Assembly (NCBI GenBank): GCA_951406725.2
Contig: OX597820.1
Coordinates: forward strand, 48,918,001 to 48,982,000
DNA from: Octopus vulgaris
Taxonomy: Eukaryota
Length of the DNA stretch: 64,000 nt
Reading direction: 5' to 3'
Below are positions 1-13,612 of the stretch, piece after piece. Position numbers and translations under genes: made by a program. The first letter of the stretch is position 1; each line of letters opens with the position of its first letter. The notes below the pieces were generated by a model, which was not told the origin of the DNA, ran no database searches, and worked only from the letters and a program-made list of their open reading frames with translations.

Positions 1-949
1 TTAGGCTGTCGTTCTAGTTTTGTCAAACCGCTAAGAAACGGCTACGTAATAAAAACACTGATTACCAAGGGGCAGTTGGGGGCAAACACAAGCACAAACA
101 CAAAGTTTAGCTTCACCAAATACACTTGCAAGGCTTCTGTGGGCTCGATACTGAATCTGTAAGCATTTTTTTTTTTTAGAATTTACAGGCATAAAGATTG
201 TTTGATGAATGCGCCAGAGTGGAAATCTGATGACCATGAGAGAATGAGAACAGAAACACAATTTATGAAAACCAGGTTTTGTAGCTTGTTGTTGAGACAA
301 TCAGCCAAGTTATCGTTGCCTCGGTGTACCCAGCAATATATATATATATATATATGTAGAAAACCACACTACTCAATATGTGTGAGAATAGTGCCTGAGT
401 ACATCTTGCCAAAATTTCACAATCGGTAAGCGAATATTAGGGCTGAACATGATAGCATACGAAAGACATGTTCACGCATTTGTCATATAGTTTCAGGAAT
501 GCGCAATTGCCAAATACTAACTGTGTAGTTTAGATCATGTGAGATACAAGGCAGTTAATCTGAAATGCGTAACGATTATATATTAGTATTACGGATGTAG
601 TGAACGTGCTTATATCATACATATGTTTTCTACGCCTGTGGTCAGGAATGTCTAGCATCATGTAGTTAATTTGTGTTAGTATGATATCTCAGAGCTCAAG
701 ATATCGCATCCGTGTGCGTGTGCCTCCTGTATCCACGATAACGACAATTCCAATTCGTCAGTTTATTTTAGATAATACTCTGCAGCTAACACGGTTAGTG
801 TGACTCATCACTGTCGTGAGTGTCAAGATGAATTTTCTTGCACTCATGTGTAAAGTTATGTGTGATAGCTTAATCTCTCATCTTCTTAATTGCAGAGAAA
901 ATGGAGTTAAACTAGCTGTCTCAAGAAGTGCTGTTTTTGGGTAATGACA

Positions 950-1085
<136 letters not shown>

Positions 1086-1165
1086 CACACACACGCAAAC
1101 ACATATACATACATACATATGTATATGTATAAATATATATATAGATAGATAGCTAGATACATACG

Positions 1166-1225
<60 letters not shown>

Positions 1226-1424
1226 AATACATATACACATATACCCATCAGTCTGTCTATCAAAATATCTATTCACTTATCTCTGCATGTTTTTATCTGT
1301 GTGATACTCTCCCGTTCTCTCTCTCTTTCCCTCCTCTCTCTCTTTCTCCCCTCTCTCTCCCTCATACATATACACATATACATGATACATAGTTATGTAT
1401 TCTTATGAATAAATATATATATAG

Positions 1425-1570
1425 ATATGGTTGGGTGGTTAAGAAACTCGGTTTGTAACCACATTATTTCAAGTTCATTCCCAGTGCGATGCGTCTTGTG
1501 CTGTAACTCCGAGCTGACTAATACTTTGTGAGTGAATTTAAGTACACGGAAACTGTTTGGAAGCCTGTTA
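1425..1570 (+). mobile_element. Degenerate 5' half of SINE family A
   Basis: atggttgggtggttaagaaac...ttcattcccagtgcg...ctttgtgagtgaattt...acggaaactg aligns by eye with the head of the full copy at 41435. Confidence 0.6.
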
Positions 1571-1779
1571 TATGTGCATACATATATACATGATGGTTGT
1601 GGACTTGTTAAATGTGCATCATTATGGCTGACTAAATGAAATAAATAATAGCACTATATGATGTAAGAGAGATAATGTATACTGAAACTTTCCAGTGATT
1701 TACAGGACTTGTTGCAGTTTCAAGATTCCTACGAACGATTCTGACTTCTTGATTGCTTCTGAACATTCTGATGATTTTC

Positions 1780-2300
1780 GCTGTGCACCACCACGTGCGC
1801 CTACATAGACCTAAACGATTTGTACCCGTTTTCTGGCAGAAAGTGAATGTGAGGTTGGCCCCAGCAAGAAACTCATAATTTGTAACTTGTTTCTCTACAT
1901 GGTTTCTCTGGTGGCTCACCAGGCCTGTGCAGGACATACATATGCGGCCACAGACTTCGGAGACTACTTCCAGAAATATAGCTTCAACAGTATTATCTTT
2001 TCGTTCTAATCTCCTTATGCGAGACCATTCGCCAGCATTTCACTGGAATGTACTCTTTTCTTCCAGGATTTTTATCATGTGATATGTTTCCCCACACTTA
2101 TTCTGAAATTTCAGAATTCCAAGCGATTCTTTTAAGTTGTCCTTGAATCATATTCTGGGGTTTATGTTGCGTTCGATTGCCTTCCAACAGTTCAGTTCAC
2201 CACAACATTTTTGCTTGGGAATTCTTATGTCATCACAGTATAACCAGCCCAGAGTATATCGTGACAGGGGATGCGCGTATTAATACTCAGTACACAGTTT
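1780..2300 (-). pseudogene. RTE-like non-LTR retrotransposon 3' fragment (post-RT region and C2H2 zinc finger)
   Basis: Minus-strand frames, with frameshifts, give LWAG, IPKQ..GEL, EGNRTQHKP..FKDNLKESL and CGRICMSCTGLVSHQRNH, in the order typical of RTE ORF C-termini. Confidence 0.6.
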
Positions 2301-2584
2301 TCAATAGATACATACATCATATGACCGTCTTTCCGTTGTCACTGTCTGATATTTATGATTGATCTTTCAAAATATTTTCTTTCTCAACTTACTCGAGATC
2401 TTTTATTTTTAATAAATGGGAGATAGATAGATAGACAAAGATAGAAAGTAAGAGAAAGCGAGAGAGAGTCTGAGAGAAAGGAAGAGTAAGAGAGTGGGAA
2501 AGTGAGAGAGAAAGGAGAGAGAAACAAAGTGGGAGAATGTGGCGATAAGAAACAGAAAGGAAGCAACAGAAAATAACAACCACA

Positions 2585-2622
2585 CCCTCACCGGCGCGAA
2601 GAGCGGGTCACCTTAAGCTAGT
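2585..2622 (+). mobile_element. Helitron-like 3' terminus
   Basis: GC-rich ggcgcgaagagcgggtc shortly before CTAG|T (2618-2622), abutting a TA tract; 5' end not located. Confidence 0.4.
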
Positions 2623-2989
2623 ATATATATATTAAAGTATTAATTTGAAAAGGCAAGTTCCAAGGTCAATAATGCTTCTCATCAAAGCTGACACACATCT
2701 AAACACAGGGGACATATATAAGTTTATAAGCCATTATAAGCATGCGAATACAGAACATAAAAACATATACATGTATATAATAGTGTAATTCCGTGACCAA
2801 AACAAACACAGATAAATAATCGCATAAATACATACTGGTAAATTAAGAAGTCCAAGCTGATGAGATAACAATTCACAATAATCCCAAAAGGAAGTCCTCA
2901 AATAAATCCAATAAGCAGAAAAAATTTTTCGGCCATTTCTAGGAACGTATTTATGTAAGATCTTTTGAACCTTGATGTATATATACATT

Positions 2990-3037
<48 letters not shown>

Positions 3038-3274
3038 AAATTTTTCATTAAAACCTCGATTTAATAACACCGTTTACAAACACTATACTTGGAATGACCA
3101 ATTTTAAATACTATTGGAACTTACTCACAAGATACAGGAATCTTATATGTATACCATTCTGCCTGAATAATGGAATTGCAGATACAATGTCCCTGCATAT
3201 CTCACGTCTATTTTCATTCTTCCACTACACTCTATAACATATCTTATCTAGAATAACGAATACTAAACCATTTT

Positions 3275-3315
3275 CTCACACTGATGAAGGCATATATAAA
3301 AACAGGTGTAAGACC
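3275..3315 (+). ncRNA. Degenerate PLE-type hammerhead relic
   Basis: ctgatga agg...aaac aggt gta; the GAAA G and helix II are lost. Compare gaaacagctgtaag near 32382. Confidence 0.35.
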
Positions 3316-3372
3316 TTCTCTTCATAAATGTCCTTAAATCTTTCACAGACTTAGATTTTATCTCATTCTGTT

Positions 3373-3438
<66 letters not shown>

Positions 3439-3670
3439 GTATAATTATATATATATATATATATATGTATGCATGTATATATATATATATATACATATAA
3501 ATATACGAACAAAAGGCACCCTCCGTCCAATGGACGGTGCTGCGTTGTCAAACATTTAAACCAAATTTTCTCAAAACAACTTGTCCGGCCGTCCCATAGG
3601 CCTCCCCTTTGAGAAACACTGATTTAGCTTAAATTTGATACACCATCAAAAGACCGATTTCGACTGATGT

Positions 3671-3880
3671 ACTAGCGCGTACAAATGCACGTTCCCACGG
3701 CTTTATCGATCGTATTCTCCCCTGGAATCGATTTTTGCAATTTTTATCAAGACTTATGCACGCCCTGATACCGTCGCTATCCACATTTCAAATTTGAGCG
3801 CAATCGGATGGAGGATGCCCGAGATCATAGAAGACACGCACACGAATAGACAGAACGGATTTTATATAATATATATATAT
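3671..3880 (-). mobile_element. Short non-autonomous Helitron-like element (~200 bp)
   Basis: Minus strand begins tatataaaatccgttctgtc..., contains ccgattgcgctcaaatttg, and ends in hairpin cgtgc-attt-gtacg followed by CTAG|T. Confidence 0.55.
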
Positions 3881-4076
3881 TCTCCGATTTCAATCGTCAT
3901 TTATATATAAATGAAAACTGATGAGCTAACCCTAGCCAGAATCCCATATATCTACACTTACAAGGCTACACGATCATGTGATTGGCCAAACACTCACATA
4001 TCAATTTCAGCTAAGTTTTACGAATATATACTTAAACTGTCTAATGCTGCATATACTTTTATATGTACAAAGAAAA

Positions 4077-4112
<36 letters not shown>

Positions 4113-4463
4113 CAATTGGATAAAATAATAAAAGTAAATTCAGAACTGAGAGATTAGTCTACGCGATAAACAAATATAGTTTACATATTTAGTATCACAT
4201 GTAACAAATATACGCACTAAAAGTGATTTATAACAAGGAATGGGCCAGCTTCTGCTAGCTTCTCTATACAAGAGAGGAGTGAAACCAAACAGGATACTTC
4301 GAACATAACGCAGCCTCTCGTTGGCCATCGTTCTAAATGAAGCAATAACGTGAGACAAATCGACGGAAAAGGACGCAAATTGAAAGTAGATATAAACAGC
4401 TATATAGTGGTCGCTTATACATACGCACACACAGACACACACACACACACACGCATGCAGATT

Positions 4464-4494
<31 letters not shown>

Positions 4495-4495
4495 A

Positions 4496-4526
<31 letters not shown>

Positions 4527-5274
4527 ATGTATGTATGTGTGTATGTATGTATGTATGTATATCTGTGTGTATATATACATACATTGTCCAAAATCTGAGA
4601 ATGGCTAAATCTACAATCATTATTGCTGCAGTTAATAGAAAGTTAATGATTCTAGCATTAGCTTCTTACAACCCATTAAAATACCACGTGACTGTCCACC
4701 GTATTCCATTTCATTGGTTGATAATCAAATTGGCGCCTAAGCAAAGTAAATAATGGAAACGCATTAAGTATGTTTTGAGTGACGAATACCAGAGTGTTTC
4801 AGAGTCGAGTTATAAGACTGGCAGTAATTAACCAGTTCTACTTTTTTAGACACTCTCTCATTGCACGTATATTATAAACGTATAGATAGTGACTTCGAAG
4901 TCCAAGTAATCTGGCATGTTAGGATTATCGACAGAAACTTGTGTCAGCTTGAACTCTATGTCAGTAGAATTAAAACTATAGTACACACATACATTTCTAT
5001 TGGTTCGTTTTACTCAGTAGATTTTCATTTTTATTGAGAAACACTTTCCTTTAAGTACACACACACACATTTGCTATAACAATTTATAAGCATCGAGAGA
5101 ATATGAAATAATTATTCTTATTGCAACGATGAACCTTGAAGCTCATAAAGTTATGAGCAATCGCTGGTGCATTAGAGTGTTTAGCTGTTTGTAACAAATT
5201 CGACCATATTTAATAACGGTTATAGTTTTCCTTTTTGATACACATTGCATACAGCCGCGTACATTAATTACACA

Positions 5275-5332
<58 letters not shown>

Positions 5333-5922
5333 GGAAAAGAAGGACGAAAATGTTACATTCTTGAAATAGGGTATATTTTAATTTTCGTTTACATAAATAC
5401 ATGAAAGGACGAATAATTTGGTTTTGTTTTACATATTTCGGTTTTTGAAAAACCTTATAAAAAAATATGTACTAAAATGGAATACGTAGAGAGAAAAGAG
5501 CTATTAATAAAATAAAATTAAAGTTAAAATTACAATCAACATTCATGGTTTACTTTCCTTTATTCTGCAAGAGGACGTGGTAATTTCTGTTAATTTATTG
5601 GCATGACAAGTTGAACTGTCTGTGTCGGCAAATTATTACTATCTGTTTTGGTAAATTAAATAGTTTGGTCAAGACTTGTTTTCTGTAGGGGTGGCTATAG
5701 CAATCGAATAACTAGCAGCAGTAGGGACAAAAACGCAAAAAAAAAGACAGTTTGGAGATTCCACTCTTCGTTCTTTCGTTCCCCCTCTCTCACATTTCAT
5801 TGCCTTCTCTTCTTGCTCACTTTCCCTCCTTATTTCACTTCGCTGTCTCCCTGTCATTTTTTCTCGCCCCTCCTTATTTTGTCTGTCTCTCTTCTCTCCC
5901 CACGTGACCGGTGTTCAGCCAA

Positions 5923-6350
5923 GCCTGATCTTTCTTTCTTGGTTCGGCTGCTGTCCGTGCAACATCTATATTCTTCCCTATGCCTGTGAAATCTTGTATC
6001 CCGCCAGCTTAATTTAATTCGTCCTTAGTCGAAAGACACCTGTTATTATGTCCTGTTATTTGTAGTTGTATTTGTGTAACCTTCTCTGTTTTTTCGATCC
6101 TTGTTTTCATATACATTCGCTGCTTTCTTCCAGGGAATCTAATGCTCTTAGCTTAGTTTTTCGTTGGAGCTGGCCAGATTGGAGCAATCTCGAGTATAAC
6201 CAGCCGAACTTGCAAATATAATCAGGAACTTGACTTATGAAAGAAAACTCCGAATGACCCGTCCTTGTTTTCTTTGTATCGTCTATCTGGATGTTTTGTC
6301 CCTTTCTTGTGTCACCTGTCTGGATGTTTTGCGTTTTTGTCCCTTTTGTA
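5923..6350. repeat. Unclassified interspersed repeat, copy 1
   Basis: Shares long blocks with 35458-35916 (cctgtgaaatcttgtatccc, ggaatctaatgctcttagcttag, gaaagaaaactccgaatgacccgtccttg); both copies end at TA tracts. Confidence 0.9.
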
Positions 6351-6351
6351 C

Positions 6352-6398
<47 letters not shown>

Positions 6399-6442
6399 AT
6401 ATATATAGCGACGTACGTACACTTTGGTCTCTTATATGTAAG

Positions 6443-6476
<34 letters not shown>

Positions 6477-6477
6477 C

Positions 6478-6509
<32 letters not shown>

Positions 6510-6513
6510 CTCT

Positions 6514-6552
<39 letters not shown>

Positions 6553-7364
6553 CACAAACATATCGTAGCACAACCATTGGTTACCTTAAGTCGAGTTCAC
6601 TCTGTTGCATGCCACCTTTCAGGTTTAAGGAGTCTTTCCTCCGTCTGTAGCAGCAATTTGGGATCCCGTGCTAAAGGTATATATACACATACTTTCATAG
6701 ATGTATCTGCGACAATATCATGACCCATATTTGTATTATGCACACAAATATGAACCCAACAGATACACATACGAACGAACACACACACATGCACACACAC
6801 ACACACGCACGCACACACTCTCTCCCACCCTCTCTCTACCTCTTTCTCTCTCTACCTCTTTCTCATGTGTTTATTTGGGTCTGTTGGTATTTAGAAGTTT
6901 ATTGCAGGACAGAGATAAGAACATCTTTAGATTTATTGTTAATCGTACAAGAAGATTACTCGAATATAGCTTGCGAATATAACAACCTATGTTGAGTGAC
7001 ATTAACCCAGATTTTGAGAACCACCGTTACAGATATTGAAAATCTCAGTTACAATATCTGTTGCTTAATACGCCCCAATTCAGAAAATTTTCAGTAAGCA
7101 TATGATCATAAAGGTACTACACATGAAGCTGATTTCTCTCAGACATAATTAAACCTAGTCTTGTATATCCAATATCTTAATCGTTCTGAAAATAAGCGCA
7201 GGGGATTTGAGGGGGATTTATTTGTTGATCCTTGTAAGTCGTGAGACCAGGTCAACGCTGCTAGGTTACCTGATATTTATGTTGTATTTAGGGGTTATTT
7301 TGATTCTTTACTTCAATGTCTGGATTAATCTAATTGTTATGTAATATTTGAATGAAGCACTGAA

Positions 7365-7443
7365 GTCTAGTTGCCTCGGACGCTTAATAGTTTTCTTGCA
7401 TAGTTTCGTCAATAATATATAATCATACATGCATATATACATA

Positions 7444-7514
<71 letters not shown>

Positions 7515-7653
7515 ATACATATCGGAGGGAAGAGTGATCCTATGTCTAGTTGCCTCGGACGCTTAATAGTTTTCTTGCATAGTTTCGTCAATAATATATA
7601 ATCATACATGCATACATGCATGCATACATAATACACACACACACACATATATA

Positions 7654-7705
<52 letters not shown>

Positions 7706-7735
7706 ATACATATCGGAGGGAAGAGTGTTCCTGTG
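7365..7735. repeat. Tandem duplication of a ~180-190 bp unit containing microsatellites
   Basis: gtctagttgcctcggacgcttaatag...tttaatacatatcggagggaagagtg occurs at 7365 and 7544. Confidence 0.93.
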
Positions 7736-9187
7736 CATGTGGGCATGAGAGTCAATGCAGGTCTTATGTTGAAAAATAACTATTCGTTTACGTACATTAA
7801 ATATTTTTCTTTTCATATTGGCGCGATATGTACAATCAGGAACAATAGGGTCCATAAGTACATTGGCTTTACAAGAACCTTTCAGCTTCATATTCAATAA
7901 GTTATTCGAATGGGTTATGAAGGGCATAGCATAAGACTCCTGCCAAGAATTGCGACAATAATCGTGAAACAAGAAACAGAAATGTATACTGATAACGTAT
8001 ATCTTAATCTCAGAAACAAAGAGTACAGGAAATCTAATTTTGTAACAAGTAAATATCATAAGAATTCCTAGAAAACAAAATGATAAGGATATGGACGACT
8101 GAAGAAGGATCATTGCAAATTGAATATGTGAAATAACATATGAAGAAAATAAGGTATCTTTCGAACCATCGTTTTCTATCTTGGTTCTCCGATAACGAAT
8201 GATACTCTATATATGTTTCAAATAAGAAGGAAGAAGACATTTTTGAAATAATTACGTTGATCTGATGCAGGAACTGTGTGATGAAATTAAATTATGTTGG
8301 TGGACTCATTAGCAGTTCTTCCTGACTTCTATTTGGTATATTTCTTAAGTGATGAACTGTGCAGTGCATTAAGAATTAAGGGTAATATAATCAACTAAAC
8401 ATCCATGAACTAGAAAGATTTAAATAAGTATTCCCCGAGCTAGAATTAGAATCCATATGAAAAACTATCGCACAATATCAATGCATGTTATAATGTAAAA
8501 AGAAAGAAAAAACACATTAAACCAAGAAACCAAGAACAATTTAACAACTTAAGCCCTACGAGAATGGAGAACGAAAATACAAGCTTTTTACTATTCACAG
8601 ATAATAAGCACATCACACGTATACTTCCATAATAAGCAGCCTTACGGATATTATTATGGTTTCGGCACAGGGGTAGTATCATTGAATACGGTAGTGTCGA
8701 CGACGTTGAAAACACAAATGCTACCTGGGAATTAATATGTTCCATACAACATTTTTAGATTTATGTTACATTATGACCACAGTAGAAGTTATTCATTTGA
8801 ACGTGCGTGGGAATAAGAAGGCACATATTATCGGGGAAATCAATTATATGATATATCAGATAATCTTCAACGGTTGTATATTATTATAATTAGTTTATGA
8901 ATCCAAGAGAAAGAAAACGTATATCAAATCTAGGAAGTTTTAAATACAGAGGATGGTTAATATACACGTGTGTCACTTGGACCACTAGTCTACTGTTAAA
9001 CATATTCTCTGTAAAAGACATAAAAGACCAGAACTGAATTTCAAGAAATTAACGATAGGAAGCTAATGTTATTTCAAACCTGATCAAAAGTTACCAGAAT
9101 ATCACAAGAAAAACGTCGTTACATATACAATTATATAAATCGGGCGTAGAATTAACCTAACGTTATTTAAAGGGGATACCTTCTAAG

Positions 9188-10457
9188 CAAGGGTACTGAA
9201 AATTTCCTGGAATTGGGTAAAAGAAAATAGAGAAAGATCAGTTAATTATGATTATATTCAATATTTTCTCCTCCCAGATTCACATATTTATTGCAGTGGT
9301 TCTTAATTTTTCTAAACCCTGTAAAATGAGCTCGAAATGTGGAGTCATCATCCAGGACGCTGTAGCAGTGATGACATCCGAATCAGAAAGAAATTTTGTT
9401 CCCTTGACATCTTTCTTCAGTCATGAAAAAAGGTGAGAGTCAGAAGGGGCAAAGTTAGGAGTGTAAGGCGGCTGGTCGTCCAATGCAAAGCCGAAGTCAC
9501 TTATTTGTTGTATAGTTCCATGTGCTGTGTGTGCTAGTGCACTCTTAAAAAACAACAGGATTCCATGGCTCAGCTTCCCACAGCGTTTCTGTTTCAAAGC
9601 TCAGCAGATACATGTTGTATTCTGAGTTGATGGTGCGACTCTTTGTCAGGTGTTTTATGATGAGTACTCCGTTTTTGCCCGAGAAAACTGAAGGCAGAAT
9701 CTTTCCAGCTAACTTCTGGGTCCGAACTCCTTGGGACTTGGTGAACTGTAGTGGTGCCTCTCCATTCATGGCTGCTTGGTCTGGGGATCATAATGATGAA
9801 ATCAAGTTTCATCTATACTAAAGAAGCCATAAAATCAACGTCTCAAGCTGCAAAACTGTCCAAAATCGTCTTTGATGTCGACACTGTGATGCGCTTCTAA
9901 TCTGCATTCATGCATTTTGGCACCCATTTTACGGAAAGCTTTCCCGTGTCCAGAATGTTGTGGGCGTTGTGGCGTACTCTTTCGTGGGAAATCTCCAGTC
10001 TCAGCTATGACTTTAGCTGAAATCCGGCGGCCCGCGGAAATCATGACCGCCACAGTGTCGGCTTTGTCTTTTGTGGTCGAGGAAGTTGGCCCTCCTGGGA
10101 TTCATCTGTGAGCTCGAAATGACCAGTTCGAAACCTTGACACCGAGATTTTCACTGTGGATTAGTTTGATGGTCAGCCATCCTTCAAGACTTCCTTCATC
10201 TCATCATGCATTTCTGCCGCTCCTTTTCCTCGAAGAAATTGGAACGTCATGATTGCCCGTGCTTCCATTTTACAAAAATCCTCTGTAGGAACTGTCATCA
10301 TATGTTAAGTATGCAAAAATGAAAAAGACATATTGTATAATATCATGATTTTTTCGCATATCTTCTCTCAAGGAGTTGTCCTACGTCTCCTGTAAAGGTA
10401 ACAACTCTACCTATTTGCGATACACTTAAGCCAGGAACTTTTCAGCAGCCCCTTGTG
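9188..10457 (-). mobile_element. Full-length (~1.27 kb) degenerate mariner DNA transposon with transposase pseudogene
   Basis: Imperfect TIRs caagggtactgaaaatttcctgg (9188) and ccaggaacttttcagcagccccttg (10431-10455). Minus strand gives MEARAIMTFQFLRGKGAAEMHDEM (from 10268), KWVP (~9920), TQKLAGKILPSVF..TINSEY, and PPYTPNFAPSD (~9440-9475, a YSPDLAP variant). Many stops and frameshifts. Confidence 0.88.
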
Positions 10458-11117
10458 TATATCTTTGCAAACATTGCCAACGTTGAAAAATTCAGAATGC
10501 TCGAACCTCTGAAGAAAAGCAAAAACAAAGCATACATTTAGAACCATACGTATGGTATGCTGCGTAAATAGAGGAGGCTGATTGTGTTCAATTACGCAAC
10601 CTGATTGAAAATAAGATTTATATAGCCTAAAATTTCCCCAAGGTTCATTAGTATACAAATAGTAGTCTCTCAATATGACTACCTACATTCAATGCCAATG
10701 CCTATTCGAGGACGTCGTAGTTATCGCAAAACGTACCAAATCTAACTAAATGAACACTGTAACTAAATACTTGAGGTGACAAGCAGATTACATAAAGACG
10801 GTGATGCATATTGAATGACACGTCCTAACATAGTAACTCATTTTCATGGTTATGTCAGAAAATTTTACCAGATATTGTACGTACAAAATGTATCGCGTAA
10901 TGAAAGATTCAATTTGCCGAAAACATAATATACAAATTAAGGAATTCGAAAGACTTACAAACACAACGCAATAAAACAAAAATCTATAGAGCTTGATTTA
11001 AGATTTTAATGCTCACACATATATATCCGTCTTATTATTTATCTTTCTTTTAATCTCACTCTTTTTCTTCTGCCTATCTGTCTCTCCCTCTTTCTCTCAA
11101 TCTCTGTCTGTCTGTCT

Positions 11118-11200
<83 letters not shown>

Positions 11201-11231
11201 CATCTATATATCTACCTACCTACCTACCTAC

Positions 11232-11330
<99 letters not shown>

Positions 11331-11842
11331 CATACATATACATACACATATATGTATATATGTATCAATATGTACAGATACATGCTTGTATATATGTATG
11401 TATTATATATATATATATATAAGTATCTCTGAATAATTTCGAATGCACAGCGGTTACATTCAATTAGAGAATATACATATAGCGTATGACTTAATAAGAT
11501 TCTCGGGCTCCAGGAGCTGCAGATGAAACAGAAAAGCATTGATAGGATATAGGCTCTATGCATCATCTATAATTTAGTGGTTTTAAAATATTTATACAAA
11601 AAGCTTACGGAGACAGTTAGATAAAATAGAGACCGAAGCTTGAAGAATAGATGTATAATGCTCAATATATATCGAATGACTTCATACACAATATTGATTC
11701 GTACGATTGGCATGAGGCCACGTATATTGGCGGCGGTCACAGTTAATTAAATCAATCTCGATACATGAATGGTGCTTATATTAGCCACCCCGAATAGATG
11801 AAAGGGAAAGTCATCCTTATACACAAATATATAAATATATAC

Positions 11843-11888
<46 letters not shown>

Positions 11889-11953
11889 GTACACATATAT
11901 ATATATAAGTGTATGTTTGTATGTATGTATATATATACACATATATATGTATG

Positions 11954-12009
<56 letters not shown>

Positions 12010-12128
12010 CATACATGCATACATACACACACACACACACATATATATATATGCTGTTATGCATATGCACCTTTATATATCTTTTTATGTATGTAAATTT
12101 GTCTAAGGATAAGTATACAACTGAATAA

Positions 12129-12205
<77 letters not shown>

Positions 12206-12402
12206 CGTATGTATATGTCTATATGCAATTATCTACTTGCCCTTTCTCACATACGTGTAAATGATCCACTTTTAGGAGTAATGGAAAACTAAGGGAAGAG
12301 ATCTTAAGCAAGATACCAATGGGTTTTTTTGTTTATATATTTGATGAAGAAATGTAACCTTACGGCGTCATATGCTCATATACTTGACGCTTCGCGATAA
12401 GG

Positions 12403-12440
<38 letters not shown>

Positions 12441-13027
12441 GGGGGGAGAGAGCAGGGAAGAGAGAGACAGCAGACAGAGAAAGATAGATAGGCGGACGGA
12501 TGGACGGACGAATGGATAGATGGATCCATACATTCTCGTGGACGTACGCACTCATTCATGTATGTGTATAAAAATGAGTTTCTCTTCCTGCATGTGTCTG
12601 TGTCGGTTTGTCACCGCTATTTCAGATGCATTTCCCAACCAACTTTAGAGATTTTTTTAACATACCTTTAATTCACATAACCTATGCAACTGTTGGTCGT
12701 TCCCAACTACAGCACACAACCCAGATCCTATCACTGCCCATGTTTTTTTTAGTCTAATTTTCATTTCCATATAATCGACTTTTAGACCTGCATCTTCACC
12801 AATCTAATTTAATCTCCCACTGCAATCGGTAAGATCAAACGAAGCTTGACTGACCACTTCATTAAAAGTTTGCTGAAATCTGTTTCATAACAGATATCAT
12901 TTATGCTCTGTGGATCACACAAATGGATAGCGCTCCATAGATTATCTCTACTCCGTATTTTTCTAGGATCTCATCACTACTTCAATCAAAGACTATATTT
13001 TCCCACTCCTTATATTCTCTCAGTCAT

Positions 13028-13235
13028 TTATTCTTTTATTTGTTTCCTTAATTTGACCACAGCCATGCTGGAGCACCACCTTAAAGGGTGTCAGACGAAG
13101 AAATCGACTCCAGGACTTGTTCTTTGTAACCCTAGTACTTACTGTATCGGTCTCTTTGCCAAACCGCTAATTTACAGTGACGTAAATACACCAGCGTCGT
13201 TGTCATGCCATGGCGGGGAGACAATCACAGACACA
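13028..13235 (-). mobile_element. SINE family A, 3' half
   Basis: gccatgctggagcaccacc...tatcggtctctttgccaaaccgctaa is the reverse complement of the 41760-41950 tail. Confidence 0.85.
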
Positions 13236-13346
13236 CAAATACATACATACATACATACATACATACATACATACATACATACATACATACATACATACAT
13301 ACATACATAAATACACACACACACACACACACATATATATATGATA

Positions 13347-13612
13347 GGAGCACTCCGTCGGTTACGACGACGTGGGTCCCAGCCGATACGATCAACGGAA
13401 CGTGCAAGTGGCTGAGCATTCCATAGACACGGGTACCCTTATCGTAGCTCTCAGGGAGATTCAGCGTGACACTGGCCATTTGAAATAAAGCTGAGTGGAC
13501 GGAGCAACGTGAAATAGAGTGTCTTGTTCAAGGGTCCAACGCATCGATGGGAATTGAACTGACGACCTTACGAACGTGAACCCAATGCCCTGACCACTAA
13601 GCCACCTGCCTT
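13347..13612 (-). mobile_element. tRNA-headed SINE, family C variant
   Basis: Minus strand A box tggcttagtgg and B box agttcaattccc; shares the tail gagcactccgtcggttacgacga / gtggctgagc with 52229-52611. Confidence 0.82.

Noticed and set aside
3918-3945. ctgatga-gcta-accc-tagc, a hammerhead-like start
   Set aside because: No GAAA or cleavage triplet follows.
7365-7735. CRISPR-like repeat-spacer pattern
   Set aside because: Only two units, the spacers are microsatellites, the context is eukaryotic and there are no cas genes.
12600-12910. Possible ancient CR1 RT remnant (TDFSK-like) on the minus strand
   Set aside because: Only one short motif; too decayed to support.
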